Assembly: GCA_964517435.1 (NCBI GenBank)
Contig: CAZFEC010000010.1
Coordinates: 4,371 to 68,370 of the forward strand
Length of the DNA: 64,000 bases
Source of the DNA: an uncultured Bacteroidia bacterium
Lineage (GTDB): Bacteria; CAIWAD01; BS150m-G50
Direction of reading: 5' to 3'
The position numbers were made by a program, and so were the translations under genes. Under the pieces are notes generated by a model, which was not told where the DNA came from, did no database searches, and saw only the letters and a list, made by a program, of their open reading frames with translations. This document shows, in pieces, positions 44,210 through 54,034 of the stretch (positions are counted from its first letter, which is position 1; each line of letters starts with the position of its first letter).

Positions 44210-46980
44210 CAAACCAATACGCTGATTGCAAAACAAGTTGGGATCTGAATAGTGCCGGTCTTCAGTTTGAAGTGATCGGCGAAACGCCTCCTGTTAATCA
44301 ACTAATGCTTCTATCACCGCGCGTCCGACAACAATGCCAGATTCTGAGAGAGTTAGAACTGGATGGAACTGCATTAAAAGCTAACGGTTTCAGGTGGATT
44401 ATTCCACCTGACGAAGTATATGCGATTGAGAGTGAAGAACGAGAGATATTGGGGTTACCCACTCCGTCGAAAATAAAAGCCAGCGTTATCACACAAAGAG
44501 AAAGGGTTGAACGTATTCGGAGACTTGGACTCGACTTACGACACCCTGAACACGGAGTGCTTACCGGTGCAAAAAGATATGGAGGTTTCATTGCTGTTGG
44601 TGGTGGTGAGTTCGTCTTGATGAGTTCCGAGCTAAGAGAGTTGGATAAACACCTTCAGAACGGGCCTGAAGTGGAGTCCTATGAGTCTACAGCAGCAGCG
44701 CAACAAGCCTATCATGCGACCGCTCAGAGATTAGCCAGGGTAGCTGGAGTTGAAGTTGAATCATGGCTGAAAAGAGAGGAATACCTCTTTCCAGCAACAA
44801 TCGGTGTGACGTTAGATGGCAACGTTGATCAGGGCTTAATCATCCACCCAAATGCTGAAGGCGTGAAGGAAGAGGTACTGCAAAGTCGTTTGGAGAAGAG
44901 TGCGGGTAAGAAAGGTGTGATATGGGTAAGTGATGGCAGGAAGAGAATCCGAATGGTCCTCAGCCCTGAGCAGCGCAGAATCGTTCAAGACTTGGAGAAG
45001 AAAGGTAAACGCATTTCTCCAGAAGAACTTGGGTCTTTCATCGATAATCCCGATGAGTTCTTACCGGAGGGTATTGACCTCTCTGAGTTTTCAAAACGAG
45101 TCAAGGGGTTAAAGCTGCGTGTGTATGATTCGAGGCCGTATGTCCATATTAGAAAGGACAAACTTAAGTGGTTCCCAACAGTGAGTGTTAAGCTGAACCA
45201 GGAAACAGCGGATCATAGCAGAAAGGGGACTGCTGATGAAGATACTCCCCCGTTAGATAGTGGTGACTTTCTGGAAAAAGCTAAAACTGCTATGGCTGAG
45301 GGGAGATCGCACTTTGTTCATAATGGAGCGATAATCAGATTTGATCCAAACACTGTTGAATCTCTTTCGAAGGTCGAAGAAATCGCTGGCCCCAGATTCA
45401 ATGGGGGTATCACGGGAACCCCAAATTATATCCTGGATATATTTGAAAATCTGAATGCTTTGGAATACTCAATTGAAGCTGAGCAAATCGAAGAAGAAGA
45501 TCAACAAAACCTCGTCCGTGAAATACTATCGTTCCAACAGCCTCAGATTCTGAATGCTAACTTGAAACCATTTCAAGATGTAGGCTACCGCTGGTTAAGA
45601 ACACTCGACCAACGAAAACGAGGTGGTCTGCTTGCAGATGATATGGGGCTAGGGAAGACCCTACAAGTAATCGGATTACTTGCTGCCCGTAAAGAAGAAA
45701 CCAGATCTGCACCATCACTAGTTGTCGTACCAAAAACACTGATAGACAATTGGTATGAAGAGATCCAGAGATTCTGCCCGACATTGCGAATTGGCAATTA
45801 CAGGGGTGGTGATGTTTCTGGCCAAGAAGACTTCATCCACTACGACGTTGTTTTAGTAACTTATGAAACCCTTCGTCGCAATCAACTTCACCTTGCTCGA
45901 ACAGACTGGAGAGTTGTTATCTGCGACGAAGCACAGGCTATCAAGAATCCCACCACAGGCAGGACGACTGCTGTAAAAGGGCTTAAGTCAGAAATGCGCG
46001 TGGCTATGACCGGTACTCCTGTGGAGAATGGATTATCCGAGTTGTGGTCGATTATGGATTGGGTTCAGCCAGGATTACTCAATTCGCGACAGGAGTTTCG
46101 TGACTTTTTTGAGAAACCTATTGTTGGAGCGACAGACGATGAAGAACGTACGAATAGTGTCAGGAAACTACAGGCAAAGATTAATGACCACTATCTACGA
46201 CGTCTAAAAACCGAAGTGCTCGAAGGAATGCCCAAAAAGGAGGTGATAATCGAACGGGCGCAATTGAGTGACTTGCAGTTGAATCATTACATTTCACTGG
46301 TAGAACAGGCTCGCGAGGGTGGTAGAGGGGTGATGTTGGCATGCTTGCAGAAATTACTCCTGTTATGTGCTTGCCCTTGGGATGATGAACAATTAAGCAA
46401 AGCTGTTGGTAGCGATAGTGAGCTTGAGGAATGCCCGAAGCTAAGACTACTTTTTGAAGTACTAGATGCTGTGAAAACAAGTGATGAGAAAGCTCTGATC
46501 TTTCTGGATAGAAAGCCCGTGCAGCGCATGCTGCAGAACGTTCTCTTCCACCGGTACGGTTTTGCGCCTGATTTGATTAATGGTGATATTACAGAGGGGC
46601 GGCAAGGGTTGGTGAATCGATTTAACAGTTCGAGTGGTTTCAATCTTATGATTCTTTCAACCCGTGTTGGTGGTACAGGACTGAATATCACTTCAGCAAA
46701 CCATGTAATCCACTATATGAGGCCCTGGAATCCCGCCATAGAGAACCAGGCAACTGATCGCGTATATAGAATTGGGCAGGATAAACCAGTCAGTGTTTAC
46801 GTCCCGATAGCTACATGGCCGAACGGTCAAGATAAATCTGTAGAGGAGGTTTTGGCGGACTTAATAGAAGCGAAAACACAACTTGCTGAAAATGTTATTA
46901 TACCAACAGCAAGAGTATCGTTAGAGGACGATGTAATGAAAAGGGTGTTTCGTAGCAAAGAGTCAAAGACAGCCGATTAG
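44194..46980 (+). CDS. zorD: ZorD-like SNF2-family helicase/nuclease-associated ATPase
   Basis: LADDMGLGKTLQ (motif I), DEAQAIKNP (II), TGTPVEN (III), and C-terminal STRVGGTGLNITSANHVIHYMRPWNPAIENQATDRVYRIGQ. ATG 44206 would give an ATGA overlap with the zorC stop. Confidence 0.8.
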   Translation: MAALMTNQYADCKTSWDLNSAGLQFEVIGETPPVNQLMLLSPRVRQQCQILRELELDGTALKANGFRWIIPPDEVYAIESEEREILGLPTPSKIKASVITQRERVERIRRLGLDLRHPEHGVLTGAKRYGGFIAVGGGEFVLMSSELRELDKHLQNGPEVESYESTAAAQQAYHATAQRLARVAGVEVESWLKREEYLFPATIGVTLDGNVDQGLIIHPNAEGVKEEVLQSRLEKSAGKKGVIWVSDGRKRIRMVLSPEQRRIVQDLEKKGKRISPEELGSFIDNPDEFLPEGIDLSEFSKRVKGLKLRVYDSRPYVHIRKDKLKWFPTVSVKLNQETADHSRKGTADEDTPPLDSGDFLEKAKTAMAEGRSHFVHNGAIIRFDPNTVESLSKVEEIAGPRFNGGITGTPNYILDIFENLNALEYSIEAEQIEEEDQQNLVREILSFQQPQILNANLKPFQDVGYRWLRTLDQRKRGGLLADDMGLGKTLQVIGLLAARKEETRSAPSLVVVPKTLIDNWYEEIQRFCPTLRIGNYRGGDVSGQEDFIHYDVVLVTYETLRRNQLHLARTDWRVVICDEAQAIKNPTTGRTTAVKGLKSEMRVAMTGTPVENGLSELWSIMDWVQPGLLNSRQEFRDFFEKPIVGATDDEERTNSVRKLQAKINDHYLRRLKTEVLEGMPKKEVIIERAQLSDLQLNHYISLVEQAREGGRGVMLACLQKLLLLCACPWDDEQLSKAVGSDSELEECPKLRLLFEVLDAVKTSDEKALIFLDRKPVQRMLQNVLFHRYGFAPDLINGDITEGRQGLVNRFNSSSGFNLMILSTRVGGTGLNITSANHVIHYMRPWNPAIENQATDRVYRIGQDKPVSVYVPIATWPNGQDKSVEEVLADLIEAKTQLAENVIIPTARVSLEDDVMKRVFRSKESKTAD

Positions 46981-47052
46981 TTAGGTCCTTTACTTAACCT
47001 AAGTGATGTTATCAACCACCTTTACTCGAATAGTCCTTTGTGTGACGAAAAC

Positions 47053-47796
47053 CTATTCTACCCCCCCCAGCAGACTAATTTCTAATTCCCCCTTCAACTT
47101 CTTCCACTGCGGCACTTCAGAGGCCAGCAGATCGTAAAACGCGCGACCGTGCTTCCTATGCTTCACATGACACAACTCATGGATAATGACATAGTCAATA
47201 TGCCGTGTCGCGGCCTTGATAAGCTCTTGATTCAGAATCACCCGATAGGTCTTCTGTGAATAGCTCCCCCAGCGCCGGGTCATCTGCTTGACCATCAATC
47301 CAGGCGTCTCCCTGTAGTTGAACTTCGCAACACAAGCCTGCAGCCGTTCGACGAAAACACTGTGCGCTCTTTCCCGGTACCACGCCTCAATAAGTTCTCG
47401 ATTATGTGCAGGTTTCTTCGGCTGGGAGGTGAATACGGTTAGCGTCCCATACTGAAGCGAGACCCGTTCCCTGCTTCTATCATTGCGAATCAGCAACTTG
47501 TAGTTCCGGCCGCGGTATCTGAAGGTTTCGCCACTGACAAATCGCTTCTCAGGACTCTGCTTGAACTGCGCGAAGTAACGCTGCTGTTTCAGCACCCATC
47601 GGAACTTCCGGCGCAGAAAGCAGTCGATGCGTTCGTCTGCCGCTTTCAGTGGCGCCTTCAAGACTACTGTTTGTGAGGGGAGCACAGACACAGCGATGGT
47701 TTTTCTCCCCTCCAACACCAGGTGGTAATCGAAAGAAACTTCCTGGTGAGAGAAATGCCGCTTGACCGAATCTGTGATCCTGAGTTCGTCATTCAT
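47053..47796 (-). CDS. YgjP-like (DUF45/M48-type) metal-dependent hydrolase
   Basis: HELCHVKHRKHG motif. ATG 47796 overlaps the hsdR stop as ATGA. The longer track ORF (to 47955) overlaps hsdR and is rejected. Confidence 0.8.
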   Translation of the reverse strand: MNDELRITDSVKRHFSHQEVSFDYHLVLEGRKTIAVSVLPSQTVVLKAPLKAADERIDCFLRRKFRWVLKQQRYFAQFKQSPEKRFVSGETFRYRGRNYKLLIRNDRSRERVSLQYGTLTVFTSQPKKPAHNRELIEAWYRERAHSVFVERLQACVAKFNYRETPGLMVKQMTRRWGSYSQKTYRVILNQELIKAATRHIDYVIIHELCHVKHRKHGRAFYDLLASEVPQWKKLKGELEISLLGGVE

Positions 47797-50700
47797 TGAG
47801 TCCGGTTCTCCACCCCCAGATTCCAGACCAGCGTAATCATGTTGTCGATTTCGTCTGTGGATAAAGGAATGCTGTACTCGTCCCTGGCGACATCGAAAAG
47901 GTAATCCTCCAACGCCATTCGAACTCGACGCTGCACCTCGATATTCCGGTGCCAATCAACAATCTTGTCTCTCTCTACCAACTTATACATGGCCTGAGCC
48001 ATCTCGCTAAGCTGATCCGGGGTGACGGAATGAGCTTCTAGCTCAGTCTTGAGGTTCCGGTAGAATGGATGGAATTCCTTCCTTTCCTTGATTACTTCAG
48101 GGATATCATCGGCCTCATACCCGCTTACCTGCTGCTGGTACTCCTGTACGAGCATCAGCAGCGCCTTCAGGTCCTCCTGCCGAGCGTCCTTCAGCTCCTC
48201 AATCAGTTTCTTGATCTTGTCACTGAACCGCCTGTAGAATTCCGGATCCCGGTGATAGTTCTCCTTGATTGTCCGTTTTGTCTGAGCAGCAATCGCTTCG
48301 GCCTTCGACCGGTCTGATAGACCACGTTCGGTGCTGGTAATGTATGCATTGAATTCCGTCGGCTCGCTGATCTGCAGCGGCTCGGTCAGCTCTATCACAT
48401 AGTCGGAAGAAACGTGCTTGTCCAGAATGCGGCGGATCTGGTCCTCATACTTCGAGAAATCGATCTCCTCCGCATGCTTGATCTTCTGGATCTTTTTCAG
48501 TTCCACGAATCGCTTGAGGTCACGCTGGTACCTGCGCAGCTTGTCGGCGTCGAACTTCTGCGTGAAGTCGTAGAGCATCTGACAGGTCGCGTACTGTTTC
48601 ATGTATTCATTCACCAGCTCATAGAAATGCTCGCGCGTTTCGACATCCTCCTCCAGAACGCGGACATAGGCTTCGGTGTCCTGCTGGTTCTTCACCGCGG
48701 TGAATATCGCATGCAGCTCCTGGTACACCCGCTCCAGTTCAGCGACCTTCTCGTCTGAATTGAGCAGGGCACGTTCGATGTCCTCGGGATCATAGTTCGA
48801 GAACAGCTGTATTGCGTTATACAGGTTCTGCGCATTCTTCGAATAGTCGATGACAAAACCGTTGACCTTGGCCTCACGGCCTTCGTCGCCATCAAAGAGG
48901 CGGTTCACACGTGCAATAGCCTGCAGCAGGTTATGATCCCTGAGCTGCTTGGCGAGATATAGAAAAGTGTTGCGGGGCGCGTCAAAACCGGTCAGCAGCT
49001 TGTCTACCACGATCAGGATGCGAACACCTTCCGGATTCTCCTTGAAGTCCCTGATCAGGTTCTTCTCCCGCGTTTCCAGTGAGGTTCCATGCCTGTGTTT
49101 CTCCTCGCCGAGCCAGGCGGCTACGATCTTCTTGTGCTCCGGAAGCTTGTCATCCTCCTCTTTGTCCGCCGTATCGGATATGATCACCTCGACTGAAACC
49201 TGCTCCTGCAGATCAAAGGCTTTCTGGAACATCACAGCGGCGTACTTTGAGGGGGCGACGACCTGCGCCTTCAGGCCTGTGCCGAGGAACTGCCGGTAGT
49301 GGTTCAGGATATCCAGCGCTATCGTTTCTATGCGCTGAGAAGTCTCCTCGATTATCTGTGATGAATTGAACTTCTGCTGAAGATCCTGTTTCTGCTGTTC
49401 CGTCAGATCCCGGGTGATCTGATCGTAGAACTGGTCAAGGAGTGCACGTTGAACGCGCTGTTCCACAAACCGGGGCTGATAGATCAACGGCAGAACGACA
49501 CCATCCTGTTCGGCTTCCGATATTGTGTAGGCGTCGATCATCCCGCCGAACTTCTGTTCGCTGGTTTTCTCGCGCTTCATCAGCGGGGTGCCGGTGAAAC
49601 CGATCTGGCACGCCCGCGGCAGGAACAGGTTCAGCTCGATGTTGGCCTTGCCCGCCTGAGAGCGATGCGCCTCGTCGATCAGGATGAAGACGTTCGGATC
49701 GTCGTCCACGAAATCCCGCATTGCACTGGACGCTTCGAACTTGTGAATCAGCGAGGTTATGACCCGCTGGTCTTTCTCCCTGATCAGGCGCAGCAGTTCT
49801 CTGGCACTGCGGGTGCGTTTGACCTCCTTCTTGATATTGCAGGCGGCAAAAGTGTCGCTGATCTGCTTGTCCAGATCGCGCCGGTCGGTGACCACGACAA
49901 CACGCGGCAGCTCAATGTCTGGATCATCGATCAGGCATTTGACCAGCATCACCATCGTCAGGCTCTTCCCGGTACCCTGAGTATGCCAGATTAAACCGCC
50001 CTGGCGCCTGCCCTGTTCGTCGCATGTCTTCAGCCGCCTCAGCGCCTTTTTGATCGCGAAGTACTGCGGGTAGCGCGCGATCTTTTTGATGTTGCTGTCA
50101 TAGAGGATGAAGTTGCGGATCAGGTCCAGTAGGCGCTCCGGGCGGAGCAGGCTGTAGATGCCGCGATCCTGCTCTGTGACTGTTCGCTCCGCAGTCTGTG
50201 TGAAATTCTGACGGATCAGATCGTTCGCGACCTGGGAGACAACAGCCGGATCAACCGGCTGGTTGATGACTGCCGCAACTTCAGCGTCAGATGTCTCGGC
50301 ATCAGCATCCTTCTCCTTCCAGTGGGCATAGAAGCGCGCGGGTGTGAGCATGGTGCCGTATTTCAACTCACGCACATTGGTGGCGATCAGTATCTGCGGG
50401 AAGAGGAAGAACTTCGGCGTTTCGTGCCGGCCCTGGTTGCGCACCATCTGCGCAACCGCGTCATCCACCTTGACAGATTCCTTCTTGTTTTCGATCACCG
50501 CAAAGGGGAATCCGTTAACGAACAGGACGATATCGGGGCGGCGCTCATGTCCTTCCGCAAGCTCGAATTCGGCACAGACGTGGAAGGTGTTGTTTTCCGG
50601 CGATGCGAAGTCGATGAACCTCAGTTGGGGAGATACGCGGCGTCCGTTCACCAGTTCCGAAACAGAGCGGCCGGCGATCAGCAGGGAGTAGATCTCTTCT

Positions 50701-50972
50701 GACGCTCGGTAAGCGCCGTCACCCATCTGGATGCTGTTCTCCGCTTCGAAGATCGCGTCGCGGATGCTCTTGTCGGAAATGCTGTCGCTGTTGATTCTGC
50801 GCAGAGCCTCGAAGGCGATGTCGCGGAGGATGTACTGCGAGGTGTTCTCCCGCATTGCGGTAATTTCGGCACGCGGGATGTATTTATAACCTAGATTCGC
50901 CAGCTCCAGCAGGGCCGGGATCTGGGAGGCGGAGGCCTCGTCGAAATCGGGGAGGTCGAATTCGTGACTCAT
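47793..50972 (-). CDS. hsdR: Type I restriction enzyme R subunit
   Basis: 1059 aa. HTQGTGKSLTM (motif I) and ILIDEAHRSQ (DEAH box). C-terminal helicase region. ATGA overlaps with hsdS and the ygjP-like gene. Confidence 0.9.
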   Translation of the reverse strand: MSHEFDLPDFDEASASQIPALLELANLGYKYIPRAEITAMRENTSQYILRDIAFEALRRINSDSISDKSIRDAIFEAENSIQMGDGAYRASEEIYSLLIAGRSVSELVNGRRVSPQLRFIDFASPENNTFHVCAEFELAEGHERRPDIVLFVNGFPFAVIENKKESVKVDDAVAQMVRNQGRHETPKFFLFPQILIATNVRELKYGTMLTPARFYAHWKEKDADAETSDAEVAAVINQPVDPAVVSQVANDLIRQNFTQTAERTVTEQDRGIYSLLRPERLLDLIRNFILYDSNIKKIARYPQYFAIKKALRRLKTCDEQGRRQGGLIWHTQGTGKSLTMVMLVKCLIDDPDIELPRVVVVTDRRDLDKQISDTFAACNIKKEVKRTRSARELLRLIREKDQRVITSLIHKFEASSAMRDFVDDDPNVFILIDEAHRSQAGKANIELNLFLPRACQIGFTGTPLMKREKTSEQKFGGMIDAYTISEAEQDGVVLPLIYQPRFVEQRVQRALLDQFYDQITRDLTEQQKQDLQQKFNSSQIIEETSQRIETIALDILNHYRQFLGTGLKAQVVAPSKYAAVMFQKAFDLQEQVSVEVIISDTADKEEDDKLPEHKKIVAAWLGEEKHRHGTSLETREKNLIRDFKENPEGVRILIVVDKLLTGFDAPRNTFLYLAKQLRDHNLLQAIARVNRLFDGDEGREAKVNGFVIDYSKNAQNLYNAIQLFSNYDPEDIERALLNSDEKVAELERVYQELHAIFTAVKNQQDTEAYVRVLEEDVETREHFYELVNEYMKQYATCQMLYDFTQKFDADKLRRYQRDLKRFVELKKIQKIKHAEEIDFSKYEDQIRRILDKHVSSDYVIELTEPLQISEPTEFNAYITSTERGLSDRSKAEAIAAQTKRTIKENYHRDPEFYRRFSDKIKKLIEELKDARQEDLKALLMLVQEYQQQVSGYEADDIPEVIKERKEFHPFYRNLKTELEAHSVTPDQLSEMAQAMYKLVERDKIVDWHRNIEVQRRVRMALEDYLFDVARDEYSIPLSTDEIDNMITLVWNLGVENRTQ

Positions 50973-52294
50973 GTTGCATCTCCGCTGTCAGCGGTAGATG
51001 AGGTCTTGTTGACGAATTGAGGCAGGCGGATGGTGCCGGTGACCAGGTTATTGAGGAGGAAGCGTTTTTGGGATTTGAGGGCGGCTAGTTTGGACACAAG
51101 GATTGCTATCTCTTTTTCAAGACAAATGAAAACAGAAGCAATTGCCGACTGTTCCTGCTCTTGTGTTGGAAGCGCCAGCCGATTGGACAGAAATGTCGAA
51201 TTTGTAATGTTGATCGTATTCTTTGCGCCTTTCTGAATGATTGGTCTCAGATAATTGCCCGTATTTATTTTGGATTCGAAGTAGCAGTCGAGTAGTAGTC
51301 CAAGTGATGTGGTGACTGGTGTGAAGACCCCGTAAAGAGGGGATACAATGACACTCTCTGAAAGCCTGCTTTGCTTGATGATACCATATGGGAAATCGCC
51401 CGTAGGGCTCTTTGTATATACTATATCGCCCGGCTTCACGAGATTATACCTTGAAGTGTCTACTGCAGCAAATGATCGCCCCATATGCTCGACCTGGTTT
51501 ACTAATCCTTTGTGCACTGAAACAGAGTACACCGTTTCTCTACCGGAGCTTGTCTCTTTGTGTTCATGGAGAACTTCGCCCAAGCGCACTTCTTTCCATT
51601 CCCTATCAAATCCAGGTAGCCGTTGCTTCCCAGAGAGCAACCTCTGCATCAACCCTTTCTTGATGATTCGCTTCTTTTCGAGCTTTCGCTCATGTTCTCG
51701 AATCGCCTTGTCCCAGCATTCCAGGATTTCGGCTATGGCTTTTTGCTCGGGGAGGGGGGGGAGGGGGATGGGGAGAGCTATGAATTGCTCTCTTGTAAGA
51801 TGTGCGAAGCTGGTCTCTCCGATGAAACCACGTATACGTGGTGTCCGAACTGCTTTATACAAGAAGCTCATGGCAAAGAAAGGGGACACATTTTTCTTTC
51901 TGGGGCGGAGACGATGCAGCGCCTTCTGAAAATAGCATGGACTTATCTCCTCATGCCATATGGCGCATCGACCGATTTCGCCTCCCTCGCAAACAAGAAG
52001 ATCGCCATCTCTCAGCTCAAATTTCTCCTTCTCGCTCTGAGAAAAAGCCATCGTGCGTACGTCTGAAAGGTCAAAGCCTCCCCAACGAACATTGAAATTT
52101 GCTAAGTAGGAACTTTGACCTCTCGCTTCTCTCGCCTTCTTGCTTAGCATCTTTCCAAGCTGAATCTCAAATATATCGCCGAAAGAAGGGCATTCCCATT
52201 CCATGGGAATCCACCCGACTTTCGTCTTCTTGTAGCCTGGCCGATTGTGGTTGTTGAGATTCATTATTCTTCTACTGTGACGAATTTGAATCAT
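50969..52294 (-). CDS. hsdS: Type I R-M specificity subunit (two target-recognition domains)
   Basis: Two TRD-like halves separated by the conserved helix LPPLPEQKAIAEILECWDKAI, ending LPTQEQEQSAIASVF...LKSQKRFLLNNL. Confidence 0.85.
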   Translation of the reverse strand: MIQIRHSRRIMNLNNHNRPGYKKTKVGWIPMEWECPSFGDIFEIQLGKMLSKKAREARGQSSYLANFNVRWGGFDLSDVRTMAFSQSEKEKFELRDGDLLVCEGGEIGRCAIWHEEISPCYFQKALHRLRPRKKNVSPFFAMSFLYKAVRTPRIRGFIGETSFAHLTREQFIALPIPLPPLPEQKAIAEILECWDKAIREHERKLEKKRIIKKGLMQRLLSGKQRLPGFDREWKEVRLGEVLHEHKETSSGRETVYSVSVHKGLVNQVEHMGRSFAAVDTSRYNLVKPGDIVYTKSPTGDFPYGIIKQSRLSESVIVSPLYGVFTPVTTSLGLLLDCYFESKINTGNYLRPIIQKGAKNTINITNSTFLSNRLALPTQEQEQSAIASVFICLEKEIAILVSKLAALKSQKRFLLNNLVTGTIRLPQFVNKTSSTADSGDAT

Positions 52295-53982
52295 CGCCGA
52301 CTTTCATGCTGTTCGCGAATACTTGCGACAACATCATTCAATCTTTTCAATGCGTTAGATGCTTCTTTCTTATCAATCTCGTATTGCACGCGAATTCTAC
52401 CTAGTTCTGCTTGTGGGTTCTTTACCAGAACATGTTTCCGATCACCCCAGACTCTTTCTCCAATTGCTACGATATTGCCACCCTGCCAACCACCTCTTTG
52501 CAGCCATCGAGACGGCCCATTCCTGCGGAATAACTGTAGAAAAACATAGCTTGGGCGTTTCGGCCATGGAATCCCTTTGTCCATAATCCCTGAGCGAGAT
52601 TTAACAAATCGGCGACGGCCTATCTTGGTCAGGTCTGTTAATATGTTCTCGATGAGAACTCGATCCTCACCATCACTTGGATGTGTGAGATGTGCACGAA
52701 CCTCTACCCGTGCAATTCCGCTGACTGACAAGTTTTGAATTCCCAGGATCACATAGCGCCCTTTTGCAGGAAGCAAACCATGACTTTGCCATTCCGTGAG
52801 TAACAACCTCTTCAGCTTCTTCAGGCTAGACTTGAAAACCTTATACCATGCGCGGATTGATGAAATATAACGAGGCTCATTGCACCATAGAAGTTGTGTG
52901 TCCGCAAGAATTTCAGGGAATCGAGTCATCGGTGAATTCTCTTCCAAGAGTTCCTCAAGGATCTTTGGAAGAATGATAACAAGTGAGGGGACTCCTTGGT
53001 CCGAATCAATCTCGAACAGGAATCGGTCGAATCCTGTGGCGCCCTGATTCAGCAACTCCCGCGCTACTCTGCTTGATTCAAGAATGATCTGATTCCTTGA
53101 TTTCGTGTCAACAGCTAGCGCCACATGTAATTGTCGACCCGCGAAGCGGGTGAAGGATTCGATGCCACCGAGAAATCGAAGACCATCACGCGTCACCATT
53201 CCGGCTGTAGCTTTAACAGCAAGTGATAGAGGAGGTTTTTGAGATCGAGGAATAGAATGCTTGTTCCTGAGCCAGAAGAGTTGCAAGGCTAAACATAGGC
53301 AAACGCACGTTCTCGCTAGATCATCAAACAAGTAGAGGAAATCTAACGAGCTTAATTTGTGCGGGTTCGCGGAACCAAATTCGATCTCTAAGCCTGTAAA
53401 TCTGACCTTCCCATGCGCAATAGCATTTCGCGCAAGATCATCATACCCCTCCGTTAATACACTGAGGCCCTGCGATTTGAACATCGAGACAGCATTCTTG
53501 AGAATGAACTTGCCATTTACGTCACCCTTTTTTCGCACGGACCAAATGACAGATGATAAATTCCCAAGCACATGTTCTGTCAAGTATAAGTATTCAGGGA
53601 GAAAGTAGTTTGCTATAGTAAGCAGCTCACGAGCCTGACCATGGCTATATGCATCCTGGAGATCCTTTGTTGGGCTCTCCCGATGTAGATTCTCAATGCC
53701 GAGTTGCAGACTATCAGATCGCCTATCAATGGCTGCAAAGGTTCGGGATAGATCATTCTCCAATAGATCGATGATTCCAGCTACTGTTGATTCATCCCAG
53801 TATGTCAGTGGCGGTGATTCAGTAAAAGGTCGAAGAACGAGAACTTCGCGGCCACATATGTCTTCTGGAATTAAACCAGAAAATCTACTTATGATGCGAT
53901 CGATAGATAGTTCGTGTTCGATTTGAGCAAGAGGATCTGCTCCAATCAAGTCAGAAATCGTCTTGTTGCTCATATCCATCAA
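52291..53982 (-). CDS. Unknown 563-aa protein embedded in the type I R-M operon; contains a HEPN-like RNAIAH motif
   Basis: Long clean ORF whose stop overlaps the hsdS start (ATGA at 52291-52294). The Rx4H motif ARNAIAHG is encoded at 53413-53430. No other motif recognised. Confidence 0.6.
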   Translation of the reverse strand: MMDMSNKTISDLIGADPLAQIEHELSIDRIISRFSGLIPEDICGREVLVLRPFTESPPLTYWDESTVAGIIDLLENDLSRTFAAIDRRSDSLQLGIENLHRESPTKDLQDAYSHGQARELLTIANYFLPEYLYLTEHVLGNLSSVIWSVRKKGDVNGKFILKNAVSMFKSQGLSVLTEGYDDLARNAIAHGKVRFTGLEIEFGSANPHKLSSLDFLYLFDDLARTCVCLCLALQLFWLRNKHSIPRSQKPPLSLAVKATAGMVTRDGLRFLGGIESFTRFAGRQLHVALAVDTKSRNQIILESSRVARELLNQGATGFDRFLFEIDSDQGVPSLVIILPKILEELLEENSPMTRFPEILADTQLLWCNEPRYISSIRAWYKVFKSSLKKLKRLLLTEWQSHGLLPAKGRYVILGIQNLSVSGIARVEVRAHLTHPSDGEDRVLIENILTDLTKIGRRRFVKSRSGIMDKGIPWPKRPSYVFLQLFRRNGPSRWLQRGGWQGGNIVAIGERVWGDRKHVLVKNPQAELGRIRVQYEIDKKEASNALKRLNDVVASIREQHESRR

Positions 53983-54034
53983 TTGCTAGAGTATTGAAAG
54001 ACTTACTCATTGAGTGCTTTCCGTATTATCGGGG

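Noticed and set aside
47797-47955. N-terminal 53-codon extension of the ygjP-like ORF (track ORF 47053..47955)
   Set aside because: The extension overlaps the 3' end of hsdR by about 160 nt and is G/R/S-rich. The internal ATG 47796 gives a clean ATGA coupling to the hsdR stop and a family-typical N-terminus.
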